Shown: positions 9,519-19,093, numbered from the stretch's first letter. The stretch: DNA of 32,000 nucleotides from Candidatus Arthromitus sp. SFB-rat-Yit (GCF_000283555.1 NC_016012.1:210001-242000); one strand, 5' to 3'. The notes: a model not told the origin generated them from the letters alone. Program-made: numbers and translations.

Positions 9519-9910
9519 TAAGCTTAAAATATGACTTTTTATAATAAAATTTATTAACTTATTTATTTTTAATAATAATTTTACTTAATTTTATTTGAAT
9601 ATTATTATATAATAAGATATGAAATTAATATTTTTTATTGATATAGTGATAGATATTACTACAAAATTGAAATAATTTTAAAAATAAATTTTTAAAATTT
9701 AATAAAGATATTTATAAAATTATAAATTAATTATATAATGTTATAGGAATTTATTTTACAAAACTTTGTAATTTGAAATTTTTATGATTATCAATTAATT
9801 TTACTTATTTAATAATATGGTTTAATTATTGTTAGGGTAAGTTTTGATTATGACTTTTTATTCTTACAAGGAAGGAGATAACTATTTTTATGAATAGTTT
9901 TAAAATTTAG

Positions 9911-10432
9911 ATGCCAAAATCGGTTCTATGTGATAAAAAAGAAATTTGTGAAAGAGTTAAGAATTTATTTCTTGTAAATGGATACTCAGGGGTAGATATA
10001 AAGACTATTGCTCAAAAATGCAAAATGGCAGTAGGTACATTTTATAATTACTATGAAAATAAGGAAGAAATATTTTGTGAGGTTATAAGTAATAGTTGGA
10101 ATTTATTTTTACAAACTCTGAAAAAAAGAAATGATTTATCGAGCTTTATAAAAGAGAGTTATTATTATATTAAGAGTAATAAAGGATTTGGATTAACATT
10201 TAAAACTATACCAATTGATAAGGCTACGAACGTAAATAGGCTGTATGAAAATATTATAAGTGATGTTGAACTACTTATTGTTAAAGTTATAGATGTAAAG
10301 TACAAAGATATTGCGAAAAGAATAGCCTTATCATTATTCATGTCTATAATACTCTTTATAGATTCTTATGAATTTAGTGATGATGATAATATTAAGTTTA
10401 TTTGTAATCTATTTTTGCATTATGAAAAGTAG
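9911..10432 (+). CDS. TetR/AcrR family transcriptional regulator
   Basis: N-terminal HTH: VKNLFLVNGYSGVDIKTIAQKCKMAVGTFYNYYENKEEIFCEVI. Divergent C-terminal ligand domain. Confidence 0.88.
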   Translation: MPKSVLCDKKEICERVKNLFLVNGYSGVDIKTIAQKCKMAVGTFYNYYENKEEIFCEVISNSWNLFLQTLKKRNDLSSFIKESYYYIKSNKGFGLTFKTIPIDKATNVNRLYENIISDVELLIVKVIDVKYKDIAKRIALSLFMSIILFIDSYEFSDDDNIKFICNLFLHYEK

Positions 10433-10462
10433 AAGGAACAGGCATTATTTTGCCTGTTCCTT
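10433..10462. terminator. Bidirectional intrinsic terminator between convergent genes
   Basis: AAGGAACAGGCA (10433-10444), TTATTT, TGCCTGTTCCTT (10451-10462): perfect 12-bp stem. It begins right after the TAG of the TetR gene, and the TAA of the minus-strand gene lies in the loop. Confidence 0.88.
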
Positions 10463-11032
10463 GTGTTTAAAGAAATATATTACACAAAATATAATACTAC
10501 CTACTGTATTTGCTATTATATCTGTCATTGTATCAAGTAGGCTGTTATTTTGAGTATTTAACAATAATATTTTATCTACTGAAAATTCGTATATTTCCCA
10601 TAAAACTCCACATAATGCTGCAAATCCTAACATTATAAAAATTATGAATCCTGATCTTAAATTACTTATGTCTAAGTTTGATTTATAACAAAAATGTTTT
10701 ATGATTGGTATTGATATTACGGAACACATAACTCCGGAGAATAGATGTAGATAAAAATCGAAGTTTGGTAATATCGAGTAAAAATTTAGCGTAGTTCCTA
10801 AAAAAATAGAAATGAAGATTTGAAATTGAAGTATATTTATTTCAAATTTGATGAAATTAATATTACATATTCTGATAAATAATATTGAAATTATTGACGC
10901 AATCAACAATGATTTTCCACCATATATCAAATTATCGTCATTTAATATTAAAGATAAGATTATGGATATTATCGATAATATTAAATTTATTAATTCAAAT
11001 GATGTTAATCTTAAATCCTTTTTGATGTGCAC
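10445..11032 (-). CDS. Multi-pass integral membrane protein (DUF2238-like)
   Basis: Several hydrophobic helices; GFAALCGVLWEIYEFSVDKILLLNTQNNSLLDTMTDIIANTVGSIIFCVIYF resembles the E..E..D / D..D motif of DUF2238 proteins. Confidence 0.65.
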   Translation of the reverse strand: MHIKKDLRLTSFELINLILSIISIILSLILNDDNLIYGGKSLLIASIISILFIRICNINFIKFEINILQFQIFISIFLGTTLNFYSILPNFDFYLHLFSGVMCSVISIPIIKHFCYKSNLDISNLRSGFIIFIMLGFAALCGVLWEIYEFSVDKILLLNTQNNSLLDTMTDIIANTVGSIIFCVIYFFKHKEQAK

Positions 11033-11150
11033 TATGTTGATTCTCCTTTATATACTTATATATTTTTTAATATTAGAATTGTACACTAAAGATTTTAAAT
11101 ATGCTATAGTTAATATAGATAAGTAAAATAAGGTTTAGGGAGGGTTTTAT

Positions 11151-12806
11151 ATGATTAATGAGAATAAAGTATCGAATTTTATAAGAAATATAATAATTGA
11201 TGATATTAAAAATGGAAAAAATAATTCAATAATAACTAGGTTTCCGCCAGAACCAAATGGTTATTTACATATAGGTCATGCTAAATCTTTGGAGATAAAT
11301 TTTTCTTTGGCATATGAATTTAACGGAAAGGTTAATTTGAGATTTGATGATACAAATCCTGTTAAGGAAGATACGGAATATGTTGAATCGATAAAAAAGG
11401 ATATTGAGTGGCTTGGATATAAATGGGATAAAATGATTTTTGCATCTGATTATTTTGAGATTATGTATGAGAAGGCAATACTCCTTATAAAAAAGGGATT
11501 GGCATATGTTTGTGATTTAAGTGGAGAGGAAATTAAAAAATATAGAGGAACTCTTCAAGAGCCTGGAGTTGAATCACCATATAGGAATAGATCGGTTGAG
11601 GAGAATTTGGATTTATTTTATAAAATGAGAAATGCAGAATTTAAAGATGGGGAGAAGGTTCTTAGAGCAAAGATCGATATGTTATCTAGCAATATTAATA
11701 TGAGGGATCCTATAATATATAGAATTTCTCACACATCTCATCATAATACGGGGAATAAGTGGTGCATTTATCCTATGTATGATTTTGCTCACCCTATTGA
11801 AGATGCTATAGAAGGTATTACGTATTCCATATGCACACTTGAATTTGAAGATCATAGACCTCTTTATGATTGGTTTGTGAACGCTTGTGAGATGGAGAAT
11901 ATTCCAAGACAAATAGAATTTGCAAGACTTAATTTAACAAATACTGTTATGAGTAAAAGAAAGCTTAAGGCTTTAGTTGATAATAATATTGTAGATGGTT
12001 GGGATGATCCTAGAATGCCTACTATATCAGGATTTAGGAGGAGGGGATTTACTCCTGAGTCAATAAGGAATTTTTGTCGTGCCATAGGCGTATCAAAAGC
12101 GAATAGTCTGGTTGATTACCAAATGCTTGAGTATTTTTTGAGAGAAGACTTAAATCTTAAATGCAAGAGAATAATGGCTGTTATTGATCCTATTAAAGTT
12201 GTTATTACAAATTATGAAGAGGGAAAAGTTGAGGAATTATTTATAGATAATAATAAAGATGATGAGTCTATGGGTATGAGAAAAATAACATTTTCAAAAT
12301 ATATATACATCGATAGAGATGATTTTATGGAGAATCCTCCCCCTAAATATTTTAGACTGTTTAAAGGAAATGAAGTTAGACTTAAAGGTGCTTATTTTAT
12401 AAAGTGTAATGATGTGATAAAAGATGAAAATGGAAAAATATTAGAGCTTCATTGTACCTATGATCCAGAAACTAAAAGTGGAAGTGGATTTACTGGAAGA
12501 AAGGTTAAAGGTACGATTCATTTTATTGATTCAACAACAGCTATGAAAGCTCAGTTTAGATTATTTAAACCTCTCCTTCTAGATGAAGAAAATACTTCTG
12601 ATAATTTTTTAGATAATATAAATAAGGATTCTTTGGAAATATTTGATGGTTTTATTGAAAATAATGCAAGAGATAGCGTACCTTATGAAAAATATCAGAT
12701 ATTTAGACATGGATATTTTTCTGTTGATCCTAAGTATACAACGCAAGATAAGCTTGTATTCAATAGAGTTACTCCTCTTAAAAGTTCGTTTAAATTAGAT
12801 AAATAA
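11151..12806 (+). CDS. glnS: Glutaminyl-tRNA synthetase
   Basis: [76 protein letters not shown] (MSK signature); GGGAGGGG ribosome binding site. Confidence 0.96.
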   Translation: MINENKVSNFIRNIIIDDIKNGKNNSIITRFPPEPNGYLHIGHAKSLEINFSLAYEFNGKVNLRFDDTNPVKEDTEYVESIKKDIEWLGYKWDKMIFASDYFEIMYEKAILLIKKGLAYVCDLSGEEIKKYRGTLQEPGVESPYRNRSVEENLDLFYKMRNAEFKDGEKVLRAKIDMLSSNINMRDPIIYRISHTSHHNTGNKWCIYPMYDFAHPIEDAIEGITYSICTLEFEDHRPLYDWFVNACEMENIPRQIEFARLNLTNTVMSKRKLKALVDNNIVDGWDDPRMPTISGFRRRGFTPESIRNFCRAIGVSKANSLVDYQMLEYFLREDLNLKCKRIMAVIDPIKVVITNYEEGKVEELFIDNNKDDESMGMRKITFSKYIYIDRDDFMENPPPKYFRLFKGNEVRLKGAYFIKCNDVIKDENGKILELHCTYDPETKSGSGFTGRKVKGTIHFIDSTTAMKAQFRLFKPLLLDEENTSDNFLDNINKDSLEIFDGFIENNARDSVPYEKYQIFRHGYFSVDPKYTTQDKLVFNRVTPLKSSFKLDK

Positions 12807-12896
12807 ATTTATTTTAAAGTAGCTTAATTAAAGAATAGTTTTTCAAAAAGTGTTAAACCTATAGTTAATATTAGTTTCTTTTGTAGGTGATTTGTT

Positions 12897-15122
12897 TTGA
12901 AGAAGTGTTTTAAGCTACTTTTATTTTTTTTGTGTATATTGTCTCAGATTTTATTTGTACATAAGAATATTATAGCTAAAGAAATTAAATATGAGATGAG
13001 AGGGGCATACTTAAATTTAGATTTTATTGATTTAAGTGGAGAATTTGAATTAAGCGATTTTAAAAATTATATAACAAAATCATATGATGATTTTAAAGAT
13101 AGTGGATTTAACACTATATTTGTTGATATATCTTGGTTTATTGATTTAAATATCACAGATAAATTTAACAATTTACATAAAAATGCATTAGAAATCATCG
13201 TAAAAGAGGGAGCTATACGCTCTTTAGATATTCATGGTAGTTTTTCAGATTTTCATCTAAAAGGTATTGAGATGGGAAATTTAGAAGAGTACTTAATTTC
13301 TCTTAGCGATAAATCGTTTATAAAAGATAAGATGGATTACATTATAAAGTTTAACGATGAGTATTATTTGGATCCAGGTATTCATGAAGTTAGAGATTAT
13401 ATTATAGGTGTGATTGTAGATATTGGAACTAAATATAAATTTGATGGAATTTATTTAGATGGAATTATTTATCCAAGAAATATAGAGAAGTATACTTTTA
13501 ATGATTCTTATAGTTTTAATATATATAATGAAGATAAACTTTCAAAGGATAATTTTAGACGACAAAATGTAAATGATTTTGTGAAAGTTTTGGGGGATAA
13601 ATTTAAAAGTTATAAAAATGAGCTTAAGTTTGGGATGGGAGTTAATTATATTTGGAGAACATTTAATGATGATTTAAATGGAATAAATTATGAAGGTTAT
13701 TCCGATTATGATAAGGGAGCATTTGATTCTCTTAATATTGGAAAGATGGGATATGTTAATTACATAGTTATAAAAATTGATAACAAAATACAAGAAGTTT
13801 CGGATATAGAAAATGTCATATCTTGGTGGGAGAAAAAATTTAGAACTTATTTAATTGATGTGTTTGTTCAAGGTGAAGATAATATTTTAGATGTTATAAC
13901 AACAGTGAGAAATAATAATTTTATAAATGGGTTTTTATATAAAAAATTTGAAATAATAAATGATATTAGAGGTCTTATGCCAACAAAAGCGATTGTTCCA
14001 AGATTTAAATCTTTTGATAGCTACTATACTTTATGTGATTTTAAAGTAACTCCTAAATTAAAAGGGGATAAGATAGAATTCAATATTTTAGATGAGGGGT
14101 ATGAGAATACTAAAAATATTTTAGTTTACAAATTTCCATATGATGATTTAGATATAGAAAATGGAAATTATATAAAAGATATATTACCAAGTGATGGACG
14201 TAGTACTATTATAACATTAAACAAGGAAGATGGAGTTTATGCAATAACCAAATTAAATTATAATTCGGTAGAAAATAGAATTATTTGTGCTTTTATTGTG
14301 AATGAGGAATTTGGTCTTATAGAAGAGCGTTTTTTAGACGATAAGCCTAAAATCATAAATAGTAATATAGAGTTTGTGGCAAAGTCTTATAATAAAAATA
14401 ATGAGTTTAAATTTGTATTAGAAAAAGATGGGGATAAAGTATTAGAGAGAGATTTTGATAAAGAGGGAGTATACAAATTTATTCCAGATGATAGCGGTGT
14501 ATATAGGTTAAATGTAATAATTAGTAATTCTAAAGATAGGAAAAATGTTTTGAAGTCTTATTTAAGTTTTGAAGTTAAAGATAAGTATATAGTAGTACTT
14601 GATGCTGGACATGGAGGAGATGAACCCGGAGCTAAAACAGGCGAAAATATATTAGAGAAGGATATAAATCTTTCTATTTGTAAATATTCAACTGATTTAT
14701 TAAGTAATAATGACAAAGTTTCTGTAATAAATACACGAATAAATGATATTAAGATAGATTTGAGTGATAGGGTTAAATTATGCTCTTTTTTAGGTGGAGA
14801 TATATTTATATCTATTCATCAGAACGCATTTGATAATGAAACTGCAAATGGAATTGAGAGTTACCATTATTTTAAAGAAAATGATAGTAAGGGTTTATGT
14901 AATTTAATTCAAAAAAATTTAATTGATAATACCAGTGCTTTTGACAGGGGGGTAAAAACTTCGAATTTTGTCGTATTAAGAGAGAATATTGTCCCATCGG
15001 TTTTGGTAGAATGTGGATTTATTACAAATAAAAATGAGTCTAAGAATTTGATAGATGATGTGTATCAAAAGAATATATCTGAGGCTATATGTAAAAGTAT
15101 AGTATCTTATTTTGAAATTTAA
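12897..15122 (+). CDS. Secreted fusion: degenerate GHL10-like domain, beta-rich linker domains, and C-terminal N-acetylmuramoyl-L-alanine amidase (Amidase_3)
   Basis: TTG start and signal peptide. N-terminal YEMRGAYLNLDF, NTIFVDIS, YYLDPGIHEVRDYIIG...KFDGIYLDGIIYP align with the GHL10 protein at 1093. C-terminal VVLDAGHGGDEPGA, NILEKDINLSI, GDIFISIHQNAF, PSVLVECGFITN are Amidase_3 zinc and catalytic motifs. Confidence 0.9.
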   Translation: MKKCFKLLLFFLCILSQILFVHKNIIAKEIKYEMRGAYLNLDFIDLSGEFELSDFKNYITKSYDDFKDSGFNTIFVDISWFIDLNITDKFNNLHKNALEIIVKEGAIRSLDIHGSFSDFHLKGIEMGNLEEYLISLSDKSFIKDKMDYIIKFNDEYYLDPGIHEVRDYIIGVIVDIGTKYKFDGIYLDGIIYPRNIEKYTFNDSYSFNIYNEDKLSKDNFRRQNVNDFVKVLGDKFKSYKNELKFGMGVNYIWRTFNDDLNGINYEGYSDYDKGAFDSLNIGKMGYVNYIVIKIDNKIQEVSDIENVISWWEKKFRTYLIDVFVQGEDNILDVITTVRNNNFINGFLYKKFEIINDIRGLMPTKAIVPRFKSFDSYYTLCDFKVTPKLKGDKIEFNILDEGYENTKNILVYKFPYDDLDIENGNYIKDILPSDGRSTIITLNKEDGVYAITKLNYNSVENRIICAFIVNEEFGLIEERFLDDKPKIINSNIEFVAKSYNKNNEFKFVLEKDGDKVLERDFDKEGVYKFIPDDSGVYRLNVIISNSKDRKNVLKSYLSFEVKDKYIVVLDAGHGGDEPGAKTGENILEKDINLSICKYSTDLLSNNDKVSVINTRINDIKIDLSDRVKLCSFLGGDIFISIHQNAFDNETANGIESYHYFKENDSKGLCNLIQKNLIDNTSAFDRGVKTSNFVVLRENIVPSVLVECGFITNKNESKNLIDDVYQKNISEAICKSIVSYFEI

Positions 15123-15133
15123 AAAGTTTATTT

Positions 15134-15168
15134 GATAGGCGTTTTTTTAAAACGTCTATTTTTATTTC
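15134..15168 (+). terminator. Intrinsic terminator after the amidase fusion
   Basis: ATAGGCGTT (15135-15143) pairs with AACGTCTAT (15151-15159) with one G:U, followed by TTTTTATTT. Confidence 0.75.
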
Positions 15169-15274
15169 GAAAAATATAAAAAAATGTCAAAAAATGAAAT
15201 ATACTTTTATCGAAAAATATATTATAATTAACTTCGAATTTAGTTGAAATTTTTAATTTAGGAGAATAGTTAAA

Positions 15275-16354
15275 ATGGTAGTAGTTTCTTTAGATATGTT
15301 TTTAAATAGTATTCAAGATAATTTTGTGAAATATAGAAATGATAAATTCTGTGTAGTTAGAGGTAAAGAAAATTCTGGAAAAACAACGGCTGCAATTTTT
15401 AAAGCACTATATTTGAAAAGAAATTATTGTTTTGATTTAAATGATAAAATATTATTTTTATCAAGTGAAAATAAAATTGGACAAGTTGTAGATATATTTA
15501 ACTATATAAATAGAAGTGATTTATATAAATCTATAATACCCTCTGATGATATTGAAGTGCATATTTTAACTATTGATCAATTGAATTATTTAACTATTGG
15601 AACAATTTATACTCATATAATAATCGATAATGTTGAAAAATTTACAAAAAGTGATGAGATATATAAAGTTTTTAATATGTTTAAAAACCTATCTTATTCT
15701 AAGGTTTGTCTTATACAGGATTCAAATGAAAGTATAGATGAAGTTAATGAGATTGTTGAGTATTTAAGAAGAATTATTAAATCTAGGGAAGTTTTGTATA
15801 AATTTAGGTATGTGATAGAAGAAGATGATCAAGATGAATTTACTCAAATAGATATATCTCCTGAAGTAAAATATTTAAATTATACATATAAAGATTACGT
15901 TGATTTTAATACTAAAGAGGTGTTTGGATATTACACAAATTCTAAATCTATATACAAAGATATGGGAACTTTCTTGTATGATTTGAGTTATGAGAGCAAA
16001 GATATATTTTTAATAGATAGATATTTAAATATAAAAGGTACAATTAAAATATTAAAAGATTGGATACCATATAAAGAAGGATTATATTTTGTTGAGATAG
16101 ATGATGAAGGTATGAGTAAATATGATCTGTTTATAGGAGATATGGTTTTGATAGATTCTGATTGCAAAATAAATGAGGGTGATGTAGTTGTGGTATTGAA
16201 GGAAAATCATCTTTATGCAAGAAAATATACAAAAATAGGGAATGCTGTTAAGTTTGTAGCTAATTATACAATTTTTAATGATATATATTTAACTGATTGT
16301 GTTAAGATAGTTGGAAAGGTACTGGCTTATATAAGAAAATATAATAATTTTTAA
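15275..16354 (+). CDS. Fusion of an N-terminal SF1 (UvrD/HelD-like) P-loop domain with a C-terminal LexA/S24-like domain lacking the catalytic dyad
   Basis: Walker A CVVRGKENSGKTTAAIFKALYL; motif II-like THIIIDNVEKF; motif III-like VCLIQDSNESI. C-terminal VEIDDEGMSKYDLFIGDMVLIDSDCKINEGDVVVVLKENHLYARKYTKIGNAVKFVAN...IVGKVLAYIRK matches the S24 layout. Confidence 0.78.
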   Translation: MVVVSLDMFLNSIQDNFVKYRNDKFCVVRGKENSGKTTAAIFKALYLKRNYCFDLNDKILFLSSENKIGQVVDIFNYINRSDLYKSIIPSDDIEVHILTIDQLNYLTIGTIYTHIIIDNVEKFTKSDEIYKVFNMFKNLSYSKVCLIQDSNESIDEVNEIVEYLRRIIKSREVLYKFRYVIEEDDQDEFTQIDISPEVKYLNYTYKDYVDFNTKEVFGYYTNSKSIYKDMGTFLYDLSYESKDIFLIDRYLNIKGTIKILKDWIPYKEGLYFVEIDDEGMSKYDLFIGDMVLIDSDCKINEGDVVVVLKENHLYARKYTKIGNAVKFVANYTIFNDIYLTDCVKIVGKVLAYIRKYNNF

Positions 16355-16430
16355 CTAATGATATGTACATAATTATTTTATGTTATAATATGGTATAAAA
16401 TTTTTTAGATTAATATTTTGAGGTGGTTTT

Positions 16431-16589
16431 GTGAAGTATTTTAAATTAGGATTACTTGCTGTTACCCTATCATTGACAGCTCTTGTTATTGCACTTGATA
16501 AGAAGGAAAATAGGAAAAATGTAAATAAATCATGCAGTGAAATGGATGAGGATGTTTGCGAATCTTGTAGTTCAGTAATCATGGAATAA
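16431..16589 (+). CDS. 52-aa single-TM small protein with cysteine-containing tail (not in ORF track)
   Basis: GTG start after TTTTGAGGTGGTTTT; translation MKYFKLGLLAVTLSLTALVIALDKKENRKNVNKSCSEMDEDVCESCSSVIME, stop TAA at 16587-16589. Confidence 0.65.
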   Translation: MKYFKLGLLAVTLSLTALVIALDKKENRKNVNKSCSEMDEDVCESCSSVIME

Positions 16590-16610
16590 TAATATTAGAT
16601 ATAACAAGTG

Positions 16611-16652
16611 AGAACTTCCTTAATTTATTTATAAGGGGTTCTTAATTTTTTA
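16611..16652 (+). terminator. Probable imperfect intrinsic terminator
   Basis: AGAACTTCCTTA pairs with TAAGGGGTTCT using a G:U pair and a bulged U, followed by TAATTTTTTA. Confidence 0.5.
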
Positions 16653-16664
16653 GATAAAGGTGAG

Positions 16665-16856
16665 ATGAAAATGGATTTTTTAAAAATGGATAAAAATATG
16701 TTTTTTAGTATTGTTAATATGAAACTCAGAGATGAGTTTGATAGTATAGAAGAGTTTTGTAGTTATTATGATATTGATCTTGAGGATATTAAAGAGAAAA
16801 TGAATTCTTTTAATATGAAATATTATAGCGATATAAATCAAATTAAAATGTTATAG
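16665..16856 (+). CDS. DUF4250-like small protein
   Basis: KMDKNMFFSIVNMKLRDEFDSIEEFCSYYDIDLEDIKEKMNSFNMKYYSDINQIK matches my recollection of the DUF4250 pattern (SIVNMKLRD...SLEEL...NQF). Confidence 0.75.
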   Translation: MKMDFLKMDKNMFFSIVNMKLRDEFDSIEEFCSYYDIDLEDIKEKMNSFNMKYYSDINQIKML

Positions 16857-16864
16857 GGGGAATT

Positions 16865-19093
16865 ATGGAAAAAGTACTGAAAATAACAGGAATGACTTGT
16901 GCTGCGTGTTCATCATCGATTGAAAAGTCACTTTCTAGGAAGAAGGGAGTAAATAGTGCTGTAGTTAATTTATCAACTGAGAAGTTAACTATAAATTTTA
17001 ATGAAGAGGATATAACTATTAATCAAATTGAGGCTTATATAGTTAAACTTGGTTATGGTATTGATAAATCATTAGATGATAATTATTATGAGCGTGAAAG
17101 TGATTTCATAAGAAAAATGATGATAAGATTTATTTTATCTATTGTGTTTACCATACCTCTTCTTTATATATCAATGGCCCACATGTTTTCTTATAAAGTA
17201 ATAGATTTTTTCGATCATATGAAAAACCCTCTTAATTTCACAATTATTCAATTAATTCTTGTCATACCTGTTATGCTCACAGGTTTTCCATTTTTTAAAA
17301 AAGGTATCAAAAGTCTTATTTCCCTTAAGCCCAATATGGATAGTTTAATAACTATAGGTACATTTGCGGCATTTTTATATTCACTTTATGAAACTATAGG
17401 AGTTATATTGGGAGATCATAGTAAAGCAATGAATTTGTATTATGAGTCTTCTGCGACGATATTAACTTTAATTACTTTTGGTAAGTATTTAGAAGGTATA
17501 ACTAAGGGTAAAACTTCAAAAGCTATAAAGAAATTAATGGGACTATCGCCTAAGACAGCTTTAATTGAGAGAGATGGAAATGAGGTTGAGGTAAGTATTG
17601 ATGAAGTTAAGGTTTCAGATATAGTTATTGTAAAGTCTGGAGATAAGTTTCCAGTTGATGGTGAAATAATATATGGAAGTTGTCTAGTTGACGAGTCTAT
17701 GCTTACAGGTGAAAGTATACCTGTGCAGAAGAAAAAATCAGATAGTGTAATAGGTGCAAGTATCAATAAAAATGGGTTTGTAAAATATAGGGCTACGAAG
17801 GTAGGGGATAATACTACATTATCCCAAATAATTAAGCTTGTTGAAGAAGCGCAAAATAATAAGCCTAAGATTTCAAAGCTTGCAGATACTGTATCTTATT
17901 ATTTTGTACCAACAATTATATTAATTGCTACGATATCTTTTATATTTTGGATAATTTATATGAAAAACTTTGGTTTTGCATTTTCTATATTTGTATCGGT
18001 TTTAGTAATAGCGTGTCCATGTGCATTAGGACTTGCGACTCCGACATCTATAATGGTTTCAACGGGAATTGGTGCAGAAAATGGTATACTCATAAAGTCT
18101 GGAGAAGCACTTGAAGATGCACATAAAATAAATGTTGTAGTTTTAGATAAAACAGGTACTATAACTGAAGGAAAACCTAAAGTAACAGATTTAATAATAG
18201 ATAAAGATGTATTTGAAAATGATGAAGATATGATAAAATATGTAACTAGTATAGAGAAAGGATCCGAGCATCCTTTAGGAGATGCTATTTTAGAGTATGG
18301 AAGAGAGAAAAATGTAGGAACTTTAAATGTAGAAAATTTTAAAGCTATAGAGGGAATGGGAGTATATGGGGAAGTCAATGGAAGGAAAATATTTATAGGT
18401 AATAAAAAACTCCTAGATGTTAATCATATAAGTACAGATAAATTTAAGGATGTAAGTGATAACTTATCAATGCATGGTAAAACTACTATGTTTGTTGTTA
18501 TGGACGGAGTTGTTGGAGGAGTTTTTAGTGTTTCTGATACGGTTAAAAAAAGTTCCAAAGAGGCAATCTCGAGGCTTAAATCTATGGGGATAAAAGTAAT
18601 TATGCTAACTGGAGATAATTCTAAAACGGCGATTGCTATAGGAAAACAAGTTGGCGTTGATGATGTGATTTCAGATGTATTGCCTAAAGATAAATCACAT
18701 GAAGTTCAAAAGCTTAAGGATATGGGGTGTAAGGTTTGTATGGTTGGAGATGGTATTAATGATGCCCCTGCTCTTATGAATGCAAATATTGGTATAGCGA
18801 TTGGATCTGGAACTGATATAGCAATTGAATCATCTTCTGTAATTTTGATGAAGAGTGATTTAATGGATATTCCAAAGTTTTTAAAGCTTTCAAAGAATAC
18901 CATAGGAAATATAAAACAAAATCTATTTTGGGCATTTTTGTATAATGTGATTGGGATACCTATAGCTATGGGAGTATTTTATTTGTTTGGAGGAATTCTT
19001 CTAAATCCAATGATCGCAGCTATTGCTATGAGTTTCAGTTCTGTATCTGTTGTAATAAATGCATTGAGACTTAAATTTATAAAACTGATCTAA
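16865..19093 (+). CDS. copA: Copper-translocating P-type ATPase
   Basis: HMA domain GMTCAACSSSIEKSL; TGEXXP loop MLTGESIPV; CPC motif ACPCALGLATP; DKTGTITEG; MVGDGINDAPAL. Confidence 0.95.
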   Translation: MEKVLKITGMTCAACSSSIEKSLSRKKGVNSAVVNLSTEKLTINFNEEDITINQIEAYIVKLGYGIDKSLDDNYYERESDFIRKMMIRFILSIVFTIPLLYISMAHMFSYKVIDFFDHMKNPLNFTIIQLILVIPVMLTGFPFFKKGIKSLISLKPNMDSLITIGTFAAFLYSLYETIGVILGDHSKAMNLYYESSATILTLITFGKYLEGITKGKTSKAIKKLMGLSPKTALIERDGNEVEVSIDEVKVSDIVIVKSGDKFPVDGEIIYGSCLVDESMLTGESIPVQKKKSDSVIGASINKNGFVKYRATKVGDNTTLSQIIKLVEEAQNNKPKISKLADTVSYYFVPTIILIATISFIFWIIYMKNFGFAFSIFVSVLVIACPCALGLATPTSIMVSTGIGAENGILIKSGEALEDAHKINVVVLDKTGTITEGKPKVTDLIIDKDVFENDEDMIKYVTSIEKGSEHPLGDAILEYGREKNVGTLNVENFKAIEGMGVYGEVNGRKIFIGNKKLLDVNHISTDKFKDVSDNLSMHGKTTMFVVMDGVVGGVFSVSDTVKKSSKEAISRLKSMGIKVIMLTGDNSKTAIAIGKQVGVDDVISDVLPKDKSHEVQKLKDMGCKVCMVGDGINDAPALMNANIGIAIGSGTDIAIESSSVILMKSDLMDIPKFLKLSKNTIGNIKQNLFWAFLYNVIGIPIAMGVFYLFGGILLNPMIAAIAMSFSSVSVVINALRLKFIKLI

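Noticed and set aside
10848-11126. 92-aa plus-strand hydrophobic ORF, and 10368-10553 plus
   Set aside because: Both mostly antisense to the membrane protein at 10445-11032. Hydrophobicity is mirrored from the sense frame, and no convincing ribosome binding sites were seen.
12897-15122. Possibility that the two-part amidase ORF is a frameshift or assembly artefact
   Set aside because: One continuous 741-aa frame with a signal peptide, ordered intermediate domains and a terminator 12 nt after the stop argues for a genuine fusion.
16373-16582. 69-aa minus-strand ORF
   Set aside because: Antisense to the 52-aa plus-strand ORF, which has a better ribosome binding site, TM and start context.
17956-18378. 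140-aa minus-strand ORF inside copA (also 17440-17766 and 18706-18903)
   Set aside because: Antisense to a strongly supported copA with all catalytic motifs. Ser/Pro-rich composition is typical of the reverse frame of a low-GC gene; no ribosome binding site.
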